Below are positions 24,541 through 37,509 of a DNA stretch of 64,000 nt, one piece after another. The position numbers and the translations under genes were made by a program. The stretch spans positions 13,392,001 through 13,456,000 of the forward strand of contig CM069149.1 of NCBI GenBank assembly GCA_035221665.1, given 5' to 3'. This DNA comes from Okamejei kenojei (Eukaryota). The notes under the pieces were generated by a model. It searched no databases, was not told the DNA's origin, and worked only from the letters and a program-made list of their open reading frames with translations. The stretch's first letter is position 1. Every line of letters starts with the position of its first letter.

Positions 24541-26579
24541 GCAGTCATGAAGAGTATACTGGCTTTAAAGAATGGAAAATCGCAGGATGAAATAATATCA
24601 ATTTTAACTCTTTAAAGAAGCAAGATGAAAACATTATGTTCCATTATGTTCTTCCAAAATTTCTTGATACACAAATCATGCTTTTAGATTGTAAAATTAA
24701 TTGAGTTATTATATATTTTTTAATCTAAAAAATATACCTTTCTACCTTTAAGAAATTGTAAACAACATCTAAAATGTCCTCTCAGGATACTACTAGGGGT
24801 TTATAATTAGTCGACGCCCCTGCTTACCACCACTTCTCTTTTCTAGCTTTCACTCCCCTACTACAATCAGTTTGAAGAATGGTTCTGACCTGGTTCGGTG
24901 CCTACCCATTCCTTCCACAGACTGATCCATCAGCATGTTGTGTTTTCTTGAGATTCCAGAATGTGTACGTCCTTGTAACAACTACCTTCAGCTGATCATA
25001 GAAAGCCAGTATGGATGTGAAAAGGATAGAGCATACCCAATGAACCCGAATTAAGGTTTTCAACCAGTGACTAGGAATTTCTACATTGATTGTTTCTATG
25101 AATTCTGGTAAGGCATTTGATAAAGGTCCTCAGAGAAAACTGTTAATTTAAGGCAGTTAATTTACCAGGTCAAAAACAATGACTGCATGTAGGACAATGA
25201 GGTGAGATCATGAGCAGCTTCTGAAATTTGAAAAGTGTCTTGAAATAAACCATAGTCTAAAAATTATGCACATTTCTTCAACAAGTAAAGTATGAAAATG
25301 TCTTTACAACTAAAGAGTAGCAGAAATTTGGAAATGTCTTCTGCAAGTTACAATTAATGATCAGTCAATTGTTGATATAAATATGTGAATTTTTGACATT
25401 TGTTAACCAAAAAAATGTATGGCATAGACCAAAGGCAGAGATATGCGGCGAGGTGGATATTTAGTAATTTGGCCACATAGCAGCTATTATTTCATTGAAT
25501 AGCAAAACCCACTGAAGGGGCTATATGACTATTACATTCTGATAGGTACAGAGGTTCCCTTTAATTTGCCATCAAATGTTTCACCATACAAATGTGGGGT
25601 GGGGTGGGGGGTGGAGGGGGACAAAGAAGGAACCAAAGATATTTATGGGTACTTTGTAACTGTGTCTGCATCTTCTGGCAGCTCTGTGTACTGTGTATGT
25701 AAAAACAAAGAATTTCACTGTAACCTCACAGTACATGTGACAATGAAGTATACATCCATCCACCCATCCTGTTGAAAGTAAGATTAGCACAGATAATTAG
25801 TAATTATGAAAGTAAGACCTCAAGCTGATCAGCAATGTCATCAGACAAGCAGTGTGGATTTCTTGCCATCCTCTGGTAATTTTACATTTAAATTGAAAAT
25901 TGTACCTGATATTCTTATAGTATCCCATCATTGTTTTTTATTTTATTAGCATTACTTTTTAACTTTTCTACTGCAACTATTAATTAAAAAAACTTGACAA
26001 CTTAACCCACATTTTTTCCACATCATTTAAAAAAAAAATATTTTAAGCTTGTGTGTCTGAAGAAAATTTTACATTGAATTACATTAACTTTAAGTATTTG
26101 GGATCTCACATGTCTCCACGTTATATTGCATCTATTATCTATCCAGCCATTCAACCAGTCCTCTTGTGTTTTCCTGATATAATTTACAATAATTCACAGC
26201 CTGCTACAATACATGTTCAATTCACTGATCTCCTTCATACTTCTTCCCTTCAGGTTAATGACCGTGCCGTGGCACTCATGTTAATGTGCATGTTGACACA
26301 GTTTCATATAAATGTATGCTGTCTCATTTCTCTATGACTTTTTTACACCAATATAAATTTCAGACTACTGTCAAAGGATGAGCTCAAATGTTTATCATCT
26401 AATATTTTCATTTGATGCATCTACACATCCCACTTTTCATACCACAGCATGAAATATATTGTTAGAATAATTCAGAAAAATCCATTCTCATAAATGATAG
26501 GGCTGAAACCAAGATAAGACTTCTACGAGGAGGCGGAAATAAAGCGAGTCTTTTCCTTTCACAAGTTCCTCTGTGGTAG

Positions 26580-27000
26580 TGCAGTGAAAATGGCAATTTG
26601 GGAATTGGTATGCTCCTCCTGCAGGGTATGGAATGTCATGGAGATTTCTGATCCCTGAGGGCTACACATATGGGAAGTGTGGCCAGGTGCAGCTCCTGAC
26701 TGTGTGAGGGAACTGGAGCTGCATCTCAATAACCTCAGGAACTGGAGCTGCAGCTCAACAACCAGAAGTAAAAGAGTGTATTAGATGAGTTATAGTGAGG
26801 TGCTCATACCTAAGGTATAGGCAGAAAGTGCATGCTCATGAAAGGGATCCCGTTTCGGGCTGAGTGACCTATACAAGTGGAACAGGATGCCCTGAACTGG
26901 AGAGGGACCAATATCCTTGCAGAAAGATTTACTAGTGCCACGTGGGAGGATTTAAACTAGAATAGCTGGAGTTTGGGAGCCAGAGTAGTAGTTCAGCAAA
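26580..27000 (+). mobile_element. CR1 ORF1 remnant (Zn-finger/leucine zipper and esterase end)
   Basis: CSSCRVW..GKCGQVQLL..VRELELHL..; then DLYKWNRMP*TGEGPISL-like esterase tail; disrupted. Confidence 0.55.
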
Positions 27001-27069
27001 TTGAAGGACTGAGGAACATAGAGTTTCTGACCAGTCATTCTCAAAGGAAGGACAGAGAATGGAGACGAG

Positions 27070-27341
27070 CAAACACTTTTTCTCACAGAGAGTGGTGAGT
27101 CTGTGGAATTCTCTGCCTCAGAAGGTGGTGGAGGCAGGTTCTCTGGATGCTTTCAAGAGAGATCTAGATAGGGCTCTTAAAAACAACGGAGTCAGGGGAT
27201 ATGGGGAGAAGGCAGGAACGGGGTACTGATTGGGAATGATCAGCTGAAGGCTGAATGATCACAAATTGAATCTCTGGTGGTGCTGGCTCGAAGTTTCTGC
27301 CGACTGGCCCTACTCCTGCACCTATTGTCTATTGTCTATTG
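27070..27341 (+). mobile_element. CR1-clade LINE 3' end
   Basis: FSQRVVSLWNSLP motif and a (CTATTGT)3 tail; paralogous to 7511-7746. Confidence 0.85.
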
Positions 27342-27539
27342 ACAGGCAGGGAGAGGTTAAGTCACTCTCTTGAATATGGATTTGATTTCAAACTGCATAA
27401 GGCATAGGAGTAGAATTGGGGCATTCGACCCATTGAGCCAGCTCCACCATCCAATCATGGCTGATCTGTCTGTCCTTCCTTTGATACTTACAGGTCATAA
27501 CCTCTACCTTTCTATCGGCCTTTCAATTTGCTCTGGTTC

Positions 27540-28530
27540 CCACTCCCTTCACACTCTAATTTATACCCTCCTGAATAGCGCCTGTAAACCCCCCCCCCCC
27601 CCCCTGCGAGGATATTGGCTCCTCTCCAGTTTAGATGTAACACATCCCACTTGTTTAGGCCACTTCAGCCGCAGAAGGGATCCAATGGTCCGAAAATTTA
27701 AATCCATGCCCCTTGTGCCAACTTCTCAGCCATGCGTTCATCCAGTACTAGGAATAATTTGGAGATTACTACCCTTGAGGCCTTATTTTGTAATCTTGTG
27801 CTTAACCATATATTCACTCTTTATGTTCCTTCTTTATTTTCCTACCGACATCATTTTTGCCAATGTGCACACGACTTCTGGCTTTCCCTCACCTTTGAGA
27901 ATGTTCTGTAGCTGTGCCAATGCATCCTCAATCTTTGCAGCAGGGAGATAAAACACAATGGTTCGCTGGTACTTTATTGTCACATATACCTGCATAAAAT
28001 GAAATTCTTTGTTTTGCACGCAATCCAGTAAAATCTTGCCATGCATAAGCACAATTAAACATAAGTACAAAAGTGCAATGATTGTAATATAAGAATAGTA
28101 GATTACACTGATGCAGTACCTAAAACTACCACGTTTCTGGTTCCATCTTGTATCCTTCAACTTTCTGTTTAAAAAAATATAGTCTTATCTTGGTCTTAAA
28201 GGCCATTTGTCCTCGCAGCGGCACAGGGTAAGTGTTGCAGGTTTCGGCCTGGCCTGGCAATGCTATTGATGTCATTCCACCACTGCTCCGTGCACCTGCA
28301 GGCCATATTGATTTGCGTGCTTATCCGTCTTCTGTTGGGGCTCCAGCTACACCCAATCCAATCCCCCGGCTGCTGCAGGGTCTGCATTGGCATTTTTACC
28401 CACAAACACATTGCCTTTTGCCTCGTGCAGCTACTGCTCTGTTTCCCTCACCCAACCTTAGAATGCCTTGAGCACCTTCTAAGGCGCGGAAGGCAAGCTC
28501 AGAACCTGCTCACCGGCACTGATTCTCTCC
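27540..28530 (-). mobile_element. CR1 ORF1 (esterase) remnant, interrupted by a Rex1-type tail at ~27960-28100
   Basis: Minus-strand LPAAKIEDALAQLQNILKGEGKPEVVC resembles the SGNH esterase of CR1 ORF1. Confidence 0.55.
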
Positions 28531-28684
28531 TCCCCATTTTATTCATTTTAATGCACTATCTTGGAGTCCCGTTTGCGACAACAGAATCTCCTGTCTGTTC
28601 CCTAATTAGCAGAATTAAGAAGTGTTAACACTAGTTATTTAAGGCTCATCTATTTACCTGTGGTAAACTATACTGATGCAAGGT

Positions 28685-28890
28685 GGTATAGGGGTTATGT
28701 TGTTGAACATGTAATCCATAGGCTTTGACTAATAACCCAATGAAGTTGATTTTAGATCACACCAGAATTTGAATTGAGTCTTTTAATAATCTAGAAGTAA
28801 TAATTTAAGAAATGAAGGTGTTCAGATTATTATCAAATCCCAACTTGTTTAGTCATGTCCTTAAAGGTGGGTAGTCTGGTGACCTTGCCT
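28685..28890 (+). mobile_element. Old degenerate shark-type SINE
   Basis: GTAATCCATAGGC..CACCAGAATTTGAATT..AATAATCTAGAA..TGTCCTTAAAGG resembles recalled chondrichthyan SINE consensus. Confidence 0.4.
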
Positions 28891-28899
28891 ATTTGATAA

Positions 28900-29880
28900 T
28901 GGTTTATTATGTCACATATACCAAGATACAGAGAAAAAAATGTGTTTGCATGCTAAACAGTCAAATCATACTACATGAGTACAGTCCAAGCATACACAAG
29001 GGCAAAAAGAAAATATCAGAGTACAGAATATATGGTGTAAAATCATTATAGTGTTACAGTTAGAGATGGCACAGAGAGAAAAAAGTTTGTGTCGCTGGTG
29101 GGTTAGGGGTTTATGGTCTACACCTTTCACTTATGAAAGGATCGCTCGGTGGTTTGATAACAGCAGGGAAGAGACTCTTCCTGGATCTGGTGGTGCGTCC
29201 TTTCAAGCTTTTGTATCATCTGCCTGATGGGAGAGGTGAAAAGTGAGGATGGGAAGGCAAAAATGCTCCATGATTATTTTGGCTACTTTCCCAAGGCAGC
29301 ATGAAATGTAGGTGGACTAAATATGGGAGGCTGGTTTGTGTGATGGACTGGGCTATCCACAACTCTCTGTAACTTCTTGTGGTTTTGCGCAGAGCTGTTG
29401 TCAAACCAAGTTGTGATGCATCCCAATGGGTTGCTATCTACAATGCATCTGTGGAAGTTGGGAAGAGTTGTTGGAAACCATTGAACTTCTTTAGTCTTCT
29501 GAGGAAGTAGAGGTGTTGGTGTGCTTTCTTGACTGTAGCCTCAATGTGATTGTTCGAAGACAAAATGACGATGATGGATATTTCTGGGAACTTAAAGCTC
29601 TTAATCACCTCCCTGTGCTAACTGGCCATATATACCACTTCTAGTTTCCTAGATCCTTCGTCTTGCTGACATTGAGGGAAAGGTTGGTTGTCCTGATACT
29701 CTCTTTTTCCTTCCTGTATTCCATCTCGTCACTGTTTGAAGTCCAGTCCAATACACTGGTGTTATCTGCAAATATATAAATAAAGTCAGAGCAGAATTTA
29801 ACTGCACTGTTGTGAGTGTATCGGGAGTATAGTAAATGGCTGAAAATGCATCCAGGTTGGGTACTGATGTTGGGACCAGC
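28900..29880 (-). mobile_element. Rex1/Babar-type LINE 3' fragment
   Basis: Paralogous to 21962-23035 (TGTGATGGACTGGGCTAT, AAACCAAGTTGTGATGCA, TGAGGAAGTAGAGGTGTTGGTGTGCTTTCTT); HFSPLPSGR motif. Confidence 0.75.
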
Positions 29881-30160
29881 CTACCATCACATTTTCAGAA
29901 ATAAAGGTCACCACCACCTTTACAGGCCACTTAAGAATGGCTATAATTGTCAGCCTTGCCAGATGTTTCCTAAGTGTAAAAAATATATATTTTAATAGGA
30001 TTTTTGGTCGTTTTCTCAACAATATTCACAGATAAAGGATATTGCACTTAACTGTTTGGATTGCAATTTGTTGGTTTGGGTACAGTTCTTTGTAAACAAG
30101 GTTTGCTTTCTAATTTTCACAGAAGTGATTTGTAAATGAATATTACATTACAGAATATTA

Positions 30161-30290
30161 CTGAAGAAGGGTCTCCACCCAAAACCTCATCCATTCCTTC
30201 TCTCACGAGTTACTACCTGTCCTGCTGAATTACTCCAGCATTTTGTGTCTATCTTTGGTGTAAACCAGCATCTGCAGTTCCTTCCTACAC
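30161..30290 (+). mobile_element. Penelope-LTR-like short repeat (mutated hammerhead core)
   Basis: CTGAAGAAGGGTCTCCACCCAAAACCTCA..TACTCCAGCATTTTGTGTCT..AAACCAGCATCTGCAGTTCCTTCCTACAC. Confidence 0.7.
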
Positions 30291-32016
30291 ATTACATTCA
30301 ATATCTTTGCATTTCTTCACTATAAAATTCTAGGCCAAAGCTTTGGTTGAGCAACCAATTTTCTTTGAAGACAGAAGGGACAAATTTTGAACAAAAAACA
30401 AACTGCTGGATAAATCTACCAGTTAGACAATTTGGGGTCAGTTAAACAGTTCTGCTTTACCTCTTTCACAAAGAAATCTGCAACGTATTTCGCCAGAAAT
30501 TTAACAATGATTAGAATACTACTTTATATGTTTGCGATGATTTGTTGTTTCCACGATCCTGTCTTAGTTTTTACTCTAGTTTATTTTTAACATGAATATG
30601 TCTTAAAGGATTATTTTAAAAAGTGCCCGAAACCTACATCTGGGTAAGTTCTTTTCTTGCACACTGTAATTCTAAATAAATAAGGTGTGGAGTTACAGAG
30701 TGCTAGTAGGATGGCCTGAAACTATGAAAGGCCATCATTCTTGGTGGGAGAGGTAAATAAGCAGCCCACTGCACCCTACCCACAATGATTCTTAATCTTA
30801 AACTAGAATTTGGAATATAACTTTTCTATCACAATTTCCTGCAGCTGAATGCTTTCCATGACTGGTCCAAAGAAGCCATTAGACACGCTGTATAAAATGT
30901 CTTTACCACCCCTCAGGCTTCTTGGGAGCGATCATGTGCATTTTGTTACAGGCTGTGTTTTTGTTGTCTTGTATTCATTTATCCCAACAGTGCATTGAAT
31001 GGCAGGCATGCATTATGTGAAAATGCATTAAATAATTAAAAACGTTGTTGAATTTTCTTAACTAAAATAATTGGTCAATTATTCATGATGAAATTATTGT
31101 TACATTCATATAATTTACACATTGTTTGGTACAAGAATTCAAATATGAAGCATCAGAACAATCAGGATGTACTCGATAGAAAACAGACTCTAAATTAATA
31201 CTGGCAGTTTTGCTGAGGCATAGTATTTAAAAAAAGATGAAATAGACTGTGTTTACAGAGTAAAAATATGAAGTACTGCATGGATTCCTGATTCAGGGTG
31301 AACAATATTCAGACGATACTTTTATAGTTTGAGTTCACATTTCACAAATTTAGAAATGTGAAGCTGGATTCTTAAACAGATTTTGAATGCCATTTCGGCA
31401 ATTACTGAAATTGACAGTTATCTTCTGCCTCTAATTTCTTACATTTAAAACATAGCTGAAACGGTTGTTGAAAGTAAAAATGTGTGCTGATAGTACAGAT
31501 AAACTGGTGTCTGCATTGGAATGATCAAATTGCAGAATAAATTCATACTTGTGCATGGTTCACTTTCCAATTTAATTATGATCAGTTTGTCTCGTACTGT
31601 GAATATAGTCCATAAATAGTGTCTCCATCTAATTTAAGTGCATTGAGAAAACCTGTATTTTACAAGCCATAGAATTTGAGATCTGCAATTTAGAAAAAAT
31701 AAGAGAAATTAAACTATCAGCTAACAATAATGCTGCACAGTTTTTGCTCTGAAAATATCCAAGTAATCATTTTGATAATGATGAGTAGCTTTCTACGATG
31801 AGACCAAAAACATGGATCAATATGAGGTTTCCAGTGGAATTTAACTCCACTGATTTTTCCCATTAAATGTATTGGGCTCTGAATAACCACCACATGACGG
31901 CCTAAGTTTATTTTGACACTGTTATTTTCAAATCATATGTTAATAGAAACTTTAAACTGTATGCTTCACTTCTTGAAATACCCTGTGAATATTACTCTCA
32001 TGTTTGTTTTTTACAG

Positions 32017-32077
32017 ACATCATTTCCTGCCAGAGATGGACCCAGACGTATTGAATGGGGGCCGTGTTCAACTGATG
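32017..32077 (+). CDS. LRRIQ1: LRRIQ1 coding exon
   Basis: ttttacag|A...ATG|gtaaga, phase 2 to phase 0. Encodes (Q)HHFLPEMDPDVLNGGRVQLM, matching recalled human HFLPELDPDVLNGGRVQLV. Confidence 0.95.
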
Positions 32078-32481
32078 GTAAGAACTTTTTTTCCAGCTTG
32101 ATGCTGAAGAAATGTAATATGCTTGGTCTTTGTCATGATATATAATTTCTTGTTAATTTGCAGTTCAGTCTTGTTTTTAACTGTTTATTTGAACTGATAA
32201 TTCCTTTTATTTATATTTTAGATGTTATATGCACTTTACAAATATGATGGGTATTTTTACTTGGGATTAATTCATGGATTTATTTTCAGAATGCTAGTGG
32301 AAGTTTTAAGAGTTTAAAGAGCAGCAATCTGAAATAAGCCTCTGTGAACCAATAATGAATTGCATGCTTTACCACCCATGGAGTCGCAGTAATTCAATGA
32401 AATGTATAAACAGTTTCCATGTTCAAAAAATTAACAATTTGCATGCAGAACAAATAATTTACTTTTGCTCTGTGACTTCAG

Positions 32482-32602
32482 GCAAGTCCTATAGGCAGAG
32501 AAGACTCCGACTTAGATTTGGTCTCTGTAACTAGTGGCAGTACTATAAGCCAACAAAGTGACAGATTCAAGATTAACCGTTGGCATTCGTCAGGATCTAC
32601 AA
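32482..32602 (+). CDS. LRRIQ1: LRRIQ1 penultimate coding exon (read-through alternative ends at TAA 32641-32643)
   Basis: acttcag|GCA...ACAA|gtaagt. Encodes ASPIGREDSDLDLVSVTSGSTISQQSDRFKINRWHSSGST, similar to recalled human REDTDLDLFSMTNGS. Confidence 0.9.
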
Positions 32603-32761
32603 GTAAGTCAGCATTCCTAATCCTTCAGAATTGCTACTCATAATGTAAATGCTGAGATGTGATAGGTATGGGATTTTTTTTCACTTAATTACTCTCTGGA
32701 AACACTTGTTTTCACTAGGAATGCAGCCTTATATTGTTTTGCAAGTAAGTGCTGGAATAGT

Positions 32762-33061
32762 CTTAGTTTTTAGAACAGCGTGTAAAAAGGGCATCCGGCC
32801 CACCGAGTCCACTCTGACCAGCAATCCCTGTAAACTAGCACTATCCTACACACTAGGGGCAATTTACAATCTTTTATCAAGCCAATCAACATATAAACCT
32901 TTACGTCCTCGGATCGTGGGTGGAAACAGGAGCACCCAGGGAGCGTGGGTGGAAACGGGAGCACCCAGGGAAAACCGACACGTATAGACAGCACCTGTAG
33001 TCAGGATCGAACCCGGTCTCTGCTGTAAAGCAGCAGTTCTACCGCTGTGCCATCATGCCAC
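32762..33061 (-). mobile_element. HE1-type tRNA-derived SINE
   Basis: Minus strand has A box TGGCACAGCGG, B box GGTTCGATCC and a HER1-like tail; internal ~29-bp tandem duplication at 32915-32970. Confidence 0.85.
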
Positions 33062-33689
33062 ACTTTACCTTTACTTCACTGAGTACCAGAAATGTATAAT
33101 CATTGTACCACTCAAAATGTTAAAATGACAGATGTATAGGTAAATGCCCTGTGAGGTTCTGGCACATTCAAACAACAAATGATTTTATTGATCACTACAC
33201 AATCTATAGTTTGAATAGAAAAGTTTCAGGTGCCTTTCTATGGTCAGAGAAACTCTTCAAACATTTTTCAAGACTGAAAGAGCTGACTCTGAAAAATGTT
33301 TCCTGCGTATATGATGTAATGTAAGCCGCCCAAACATCACTTCAAATCTGAAATACCTTTAAAAGAATAAAACAATACACATGTTATACTCTTTGTATGG
33401 ATTTTAGATTGAAACCATATTGAAGTTCTATTTGTAGACATGCTGTCAAATGCCTATATGTAGAAAGACGACCCGATTATAGTTCGTATCTTTTAGTACT
33501 ATGCATTATTCAAGGATAAAATATACACTACCATTTGGGCTACCTACATCCGTTAACTTTTTGGCTTTCTTGAATGAGACAGAACCAAGACTGTTTTACC
33601 AAAAGACCAGTTAAAGATCCCATCTTTTTAATTCTCCATCCAGTTGATTGTACAATTTGTAAGCCATTCTTGAATTTAGGTTTGGGTTT

Positions 33690-33850
33690 TGCTTTATTAT
33701 TGTTATGTGTATAGAGGTACAGTGAAAAACTTTGTTTATCATGTTATTCAAACAGATCAAATATACTATACATAAGTACAATTAAGTCAAACTTAAGTGC
33801 AACAGATAGAGTGAAGGGGAAGATACAGTGTGTGGAATATAGTTGAATAT
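33690..33850 (-). mobile_element. Rex1-type LINE 3' UTR tail
   Basis: TTTATTATTG..GGTACAGTGAAAAACTTTG..AAGGGGAAGATACAG; paralogous to 21970-22290. Confidence 0.65.
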
Positions 33851-33982
33851 GCATCCAATTAATATAAGGCTTATCGCTCATTTTCGGTCTTTTCAATCGG
33901 AGTTTCCTGTCTTATTAAGTGTTGAGATTATTTGAACCATGGCATGTGTGAATACCATCAGGGCCTGCATTTCTGTCCTTAA

Positions 33983-34699
33983 TGGGCCTGTCCCACTTTG
34001 GCGACTTTTTAGGCGACTGCAGGAGACTATGCAGTCGCCACATGTTCACGGGTGGTCGCCGGGGAGTCGCCTTCATGGTCGTGAGGAGTTCCCGCATTCT
34101 GGGAACTAGTTGCGGCCTCATAATGGTCGCCGTGAACTTTTCAACATGGAGCGTAGCGAGAATTCTCGAGCCGTATGTGGGTTGCCAGGAGGTCCTAATA
34201 GGTTGCCAGGAGGTCGAAGTTTCTCGGAGGTTCTCGTAGGTTGTAGCCGGTGTTGACATGTGAATTTCATTGGCTCATTGGGAAAAAAAGGTTAAGCAGT
34301 AGTTTTAACCGGATAACCGACCGGTAATGTTAATGTCCGCCGAGCTTCACAGCCGTGTATCTCTGATTCTTAAAAGTTGTCTCCACTCCGTTTCCCCCCT
34401 CTCCTCCCCTCTTTTAAAGGATGTACTGTGGTTTAGCCATCTTTTTACAACGCCAACCTTCCTGTTCATCGCGGTGTGTGTCTGTTTCACCTTGGCTGTG
34501 CACCATGTGAATTTTTTAGACAGCGCTCCCCCGCTTGCCCTGTCCCCCGCCTGCATGACGGGCTGGTGAAGGAAGCGATGTGTTTGTGTGTGTTCCACTC
34601 TGACAGTCGCCGTTCCAGTTGCCGGATTTTCAGGCGACTGCCAGCAACTTGACAGTCGCCGGCAGTCCGCTGAAAAATCGCCTAAGTGGGACAGGCCCA
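33983..34699. mobile_element. Complete PIF/Harbinger-type MITE (~717 bp)
   Basis: Perfect TIRs TGGGCCTGTCCCACTT / AAGTGGGACAGGCCCA with GGCGACT subterminal motifs; flanks are TAA and TTA. Confidence 0.88.
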
Positions 34700-35722
34700 T
34701 TATGTGACTGCTTAAAGGACAGAAATGCAGGCCCCAATGATATTCACTCAACAGTACCAAACCTTCATGTCATTTGACATTTGCAACGTATTATTTGTAA
34801 CTCAACTTGCGGTGAAGATAAAGTAAGGAAGCCTTTCAAAGTCTCCGCCATATCCCTTGATACATCCAAGTTCAATTTTGAAGACTTCATCAATCCGGCC
34901 CACAGTCCGGGATAGCCCTCTAAACTCTAACACAACTGAAAAAGCCATTACTATAACTACATTATCTTCTCTGCCATCCTCTTGATATACCTTTCATTGT
35001 CTTTAGCTGAAATCCATACCAATTCCTTCTCCTGAGGTGAACTTTTTTTTACTTGTAAAAATATTTCTGCCTTTGTTTGATTGGTCATTGAATCTGACGC
35101 AGATTTTTCCTATGTTCCTTTTTCACTGCGGAGATAGCAAAAAAAAACTCTTTTAAGTGTATGAATAAATAGAACAGACGTTTCCATGAATGCATCTTAT
35201 TATTTCAGTAATGCTGTAATTCTATTAGGACTCTTTACTGAATATGGTTCGAGTCTTTTGCCGACTTTGCCGTCATGCCTTCATGAATCTGGCACCAGCT
35301 TGATATTTTAAGATTTTAGATGAGGTTTGGCCGACCAAGTTAAATCTAATATGTTACTGACACAAAAGTCATGAGTCCATCACATTTTTCATGTTGCTGC
35401 CTAAAACACGTCACAGTTACTGCTAAAAGCTAAGGCCAGGACCCGATTACTCATAGTTTCCCTACTAACATGTGTAGCAAAACAGTTGTTTCCTATGCAT
35501 GCACATCTCTCATCTGCCCTTCACTTGAAGATATATTACCATTAAATCATTGCATATCTTGGAATTTAACCCCTGTTCCCACTCTTTTACATATATTTGT
35601 AATTCAGTTGCTCTTGAAATTGTTCCCCGCAACACCTCAATATAATAGGCCAGTTGATTAACAATGGTGGTTTGACTGCTAATTTATTTAAAAACTAATA
35701 AAGGTGAGGTCTCCCATTCCAG

Positions 35723-35756
<34 letters not shown>
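35723..35756. repeat. (AAT)n microsatellite
   Basis: About 11 perfect units. Confidence 0.95.
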
Positions 35757-35758
<2 letters not shown>

Positions 35759-36164
35759 TCTGACTATCAAAGCCGAAGAGATAAAGTGGAGATGTTTCTT
35801 CTAAAGTTCTCATGCTATGTTTTCATGGTCCAGCATATTTTGAAATCCAGAATGTGATGAGTATTGGTTTATGTTACAGCTATTTTGATTTGTGAGTCTG
35901 TCTTGGCATGTGATCGGCCAGATCTTTTTCTCAATGTCCTTCAGTGAAAATGCTCTAGTTTTATCTGCTTGGAGATTAAGTAGCATGATTTATTTTTTTC
36001 CTCAGTTTAACGGATAAAAACTATTCCTTCCCAGATCACATCAAAATAATTGGTGCAAAATATACTTGCAAAGTAGATGAACTATACCCCGAACTGTAGA
36101 TTAACTACAAAGTAGACTACAAAGTATACAGGGTATATTTAAAGTATGCAGGGAAGCACAGCGA

Positions 36165-36550
36165 GGGCAGCATAGTGGCTCAGCAGGAGAGTAGCTGTCT
36201 GACAACGCCAGAAACCCAGGTTCGATCCTGACTTTGGGTGCTTTCTGTATTGAGCTTGCACTTTCTACCTGCAACTGCATGGGTTTCCTCCGAGTGCTCT
36301 GGTTTCCTCCCACACTCCAAAGACGTGCAGGTTAGTAAGTTAATTGGCTTGTATAAATTGTCCCCAGTACAGTGCCCTCCATAATGTTTGCGCCAAAGAC
36401 CCATCATTTATTTATTTGCCTCTGTACTCCACAATTTGAGAATTGTAATAGAAAAAAATCACATGTGGTTAAAGTGCACATTGTCAGATGATCGGGTGAT
36501 CAGGTGGGCTGAAGAACCTGTTTCCACGCTGCATCTCTAAAACTAAAGCT
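36165..36550 (+). mobile_element. HE1-type SINE interrupted by a Tc1 fragment
   Basis: A box TGGCTCAGCAGG, B box GGTTCGATCC, core GGGTTTCCTCCGAGTGCTCTGGTTTCCTCCCAC; the tail resumes at ~36490. Confidence 0.8.
36370..36489 (+). mobile_element. Tc1/mariner terminal fragment
   Basis: TA|CAGTGCCCTCCATAATGTTTG is a Tc1-type terminus after a TA target; no second TIR seen. Confidence 0.65.
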
Positions 36551-36749
36551 ATATATAGAGAAAGAAACACCCTTGATCTCAAACATTAATTCCAGTTCTT
36601 TCCCCAGATTGACCAGCTTCCAACAATTTTTGATTTTGCTTTTGTTTTAAAGACCATTTCTGGGTTGTCTGCGTCACTCAGAAAATTGGTCTGGGCCATT
36701 AACATCATCGGCTGTCTTTCCTTTGGACCACTGCAAAACTCAAACTACA

Positions 36750-37012
36750 TGGCATTGTTGTGCAGCAGGTAGAGCTGAGGTCTTCCCACTCCACTGACCG
36801 GGTTTCAAACCTGCCACCCAGTCCCACATCCCAATGACATGCACATTAATAGTTAGATAGCCACTATAATTTGGTCCTGCAGTATAGGTGAATGGTAGGA
36901 TCCAGGGGGAGTCAATGAAAATGTAGAGAGAATGATAAAAAGGGATTATTGTAAATACCTAATGGTTAATGTAAATTCATTATATCATAGGGTCATTTTC
37001 TGTGCTTTATGA
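36750..37012 (+). mobile_element. Degenerate SINE
   Basis: GGCATTGTTGTGCAGCAGGTAGAGCTG..CCGGGTTTC..CCCACATCCCAATGAC. Confidence 0.45.
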
Positions 37013-37509
37013 CTAATTTATGGGGATGACCTCTGTTGGGATGCATTGTCTTGAAATTTCATTACCGAACTGAAAAGGCTACAGGTTAAACATATACCTA
37101 CCTGTGTTATCTAACCCTCTTCTCTTCCCCTGTGCTAAAACAATCCGTCAGCCATTCCCTCACTATGACAACCCAGCTAAACCAGCATATGCCAAAAAAG
37201 TGAAATAATTCCTTTTGGAGGAATAGTACTTTACTGTTCATTTAACTTTGTAATTCATTTATATTTATTTCATTCATGGGACCCCATTTGTTATCTTTGT
37301 ACGCTATTGCTGGTAGAAAGTATACAACTTTAGAAAACAAATTGTCAAAGTCCAATAATGGCCTATTAAAAATGCTTGCACCAATGTATGTTTTTTGTAA
37401 TATTTTATGCATTTTTAGGATAATCTAATGGTGTTATTCAGTAGAAAATTAAAGAGCCAACATAAATTAAGTTAAAGTATTTTATTTAATTTCCATAGCA
37501 ATTACTGGA

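Noticed and set aside
27370-27951. Longest ORF (193 aa, + strand)
   Set aside because: Antisense to decayed CR1 sequence; non-ATG start; no domain.
32990-33061. tRNA-like A/B boxes (also at 36165 and 59850-59922)
   Set aside because: These are SINE heads with core and LINE-derived tails, not tRNA genes.
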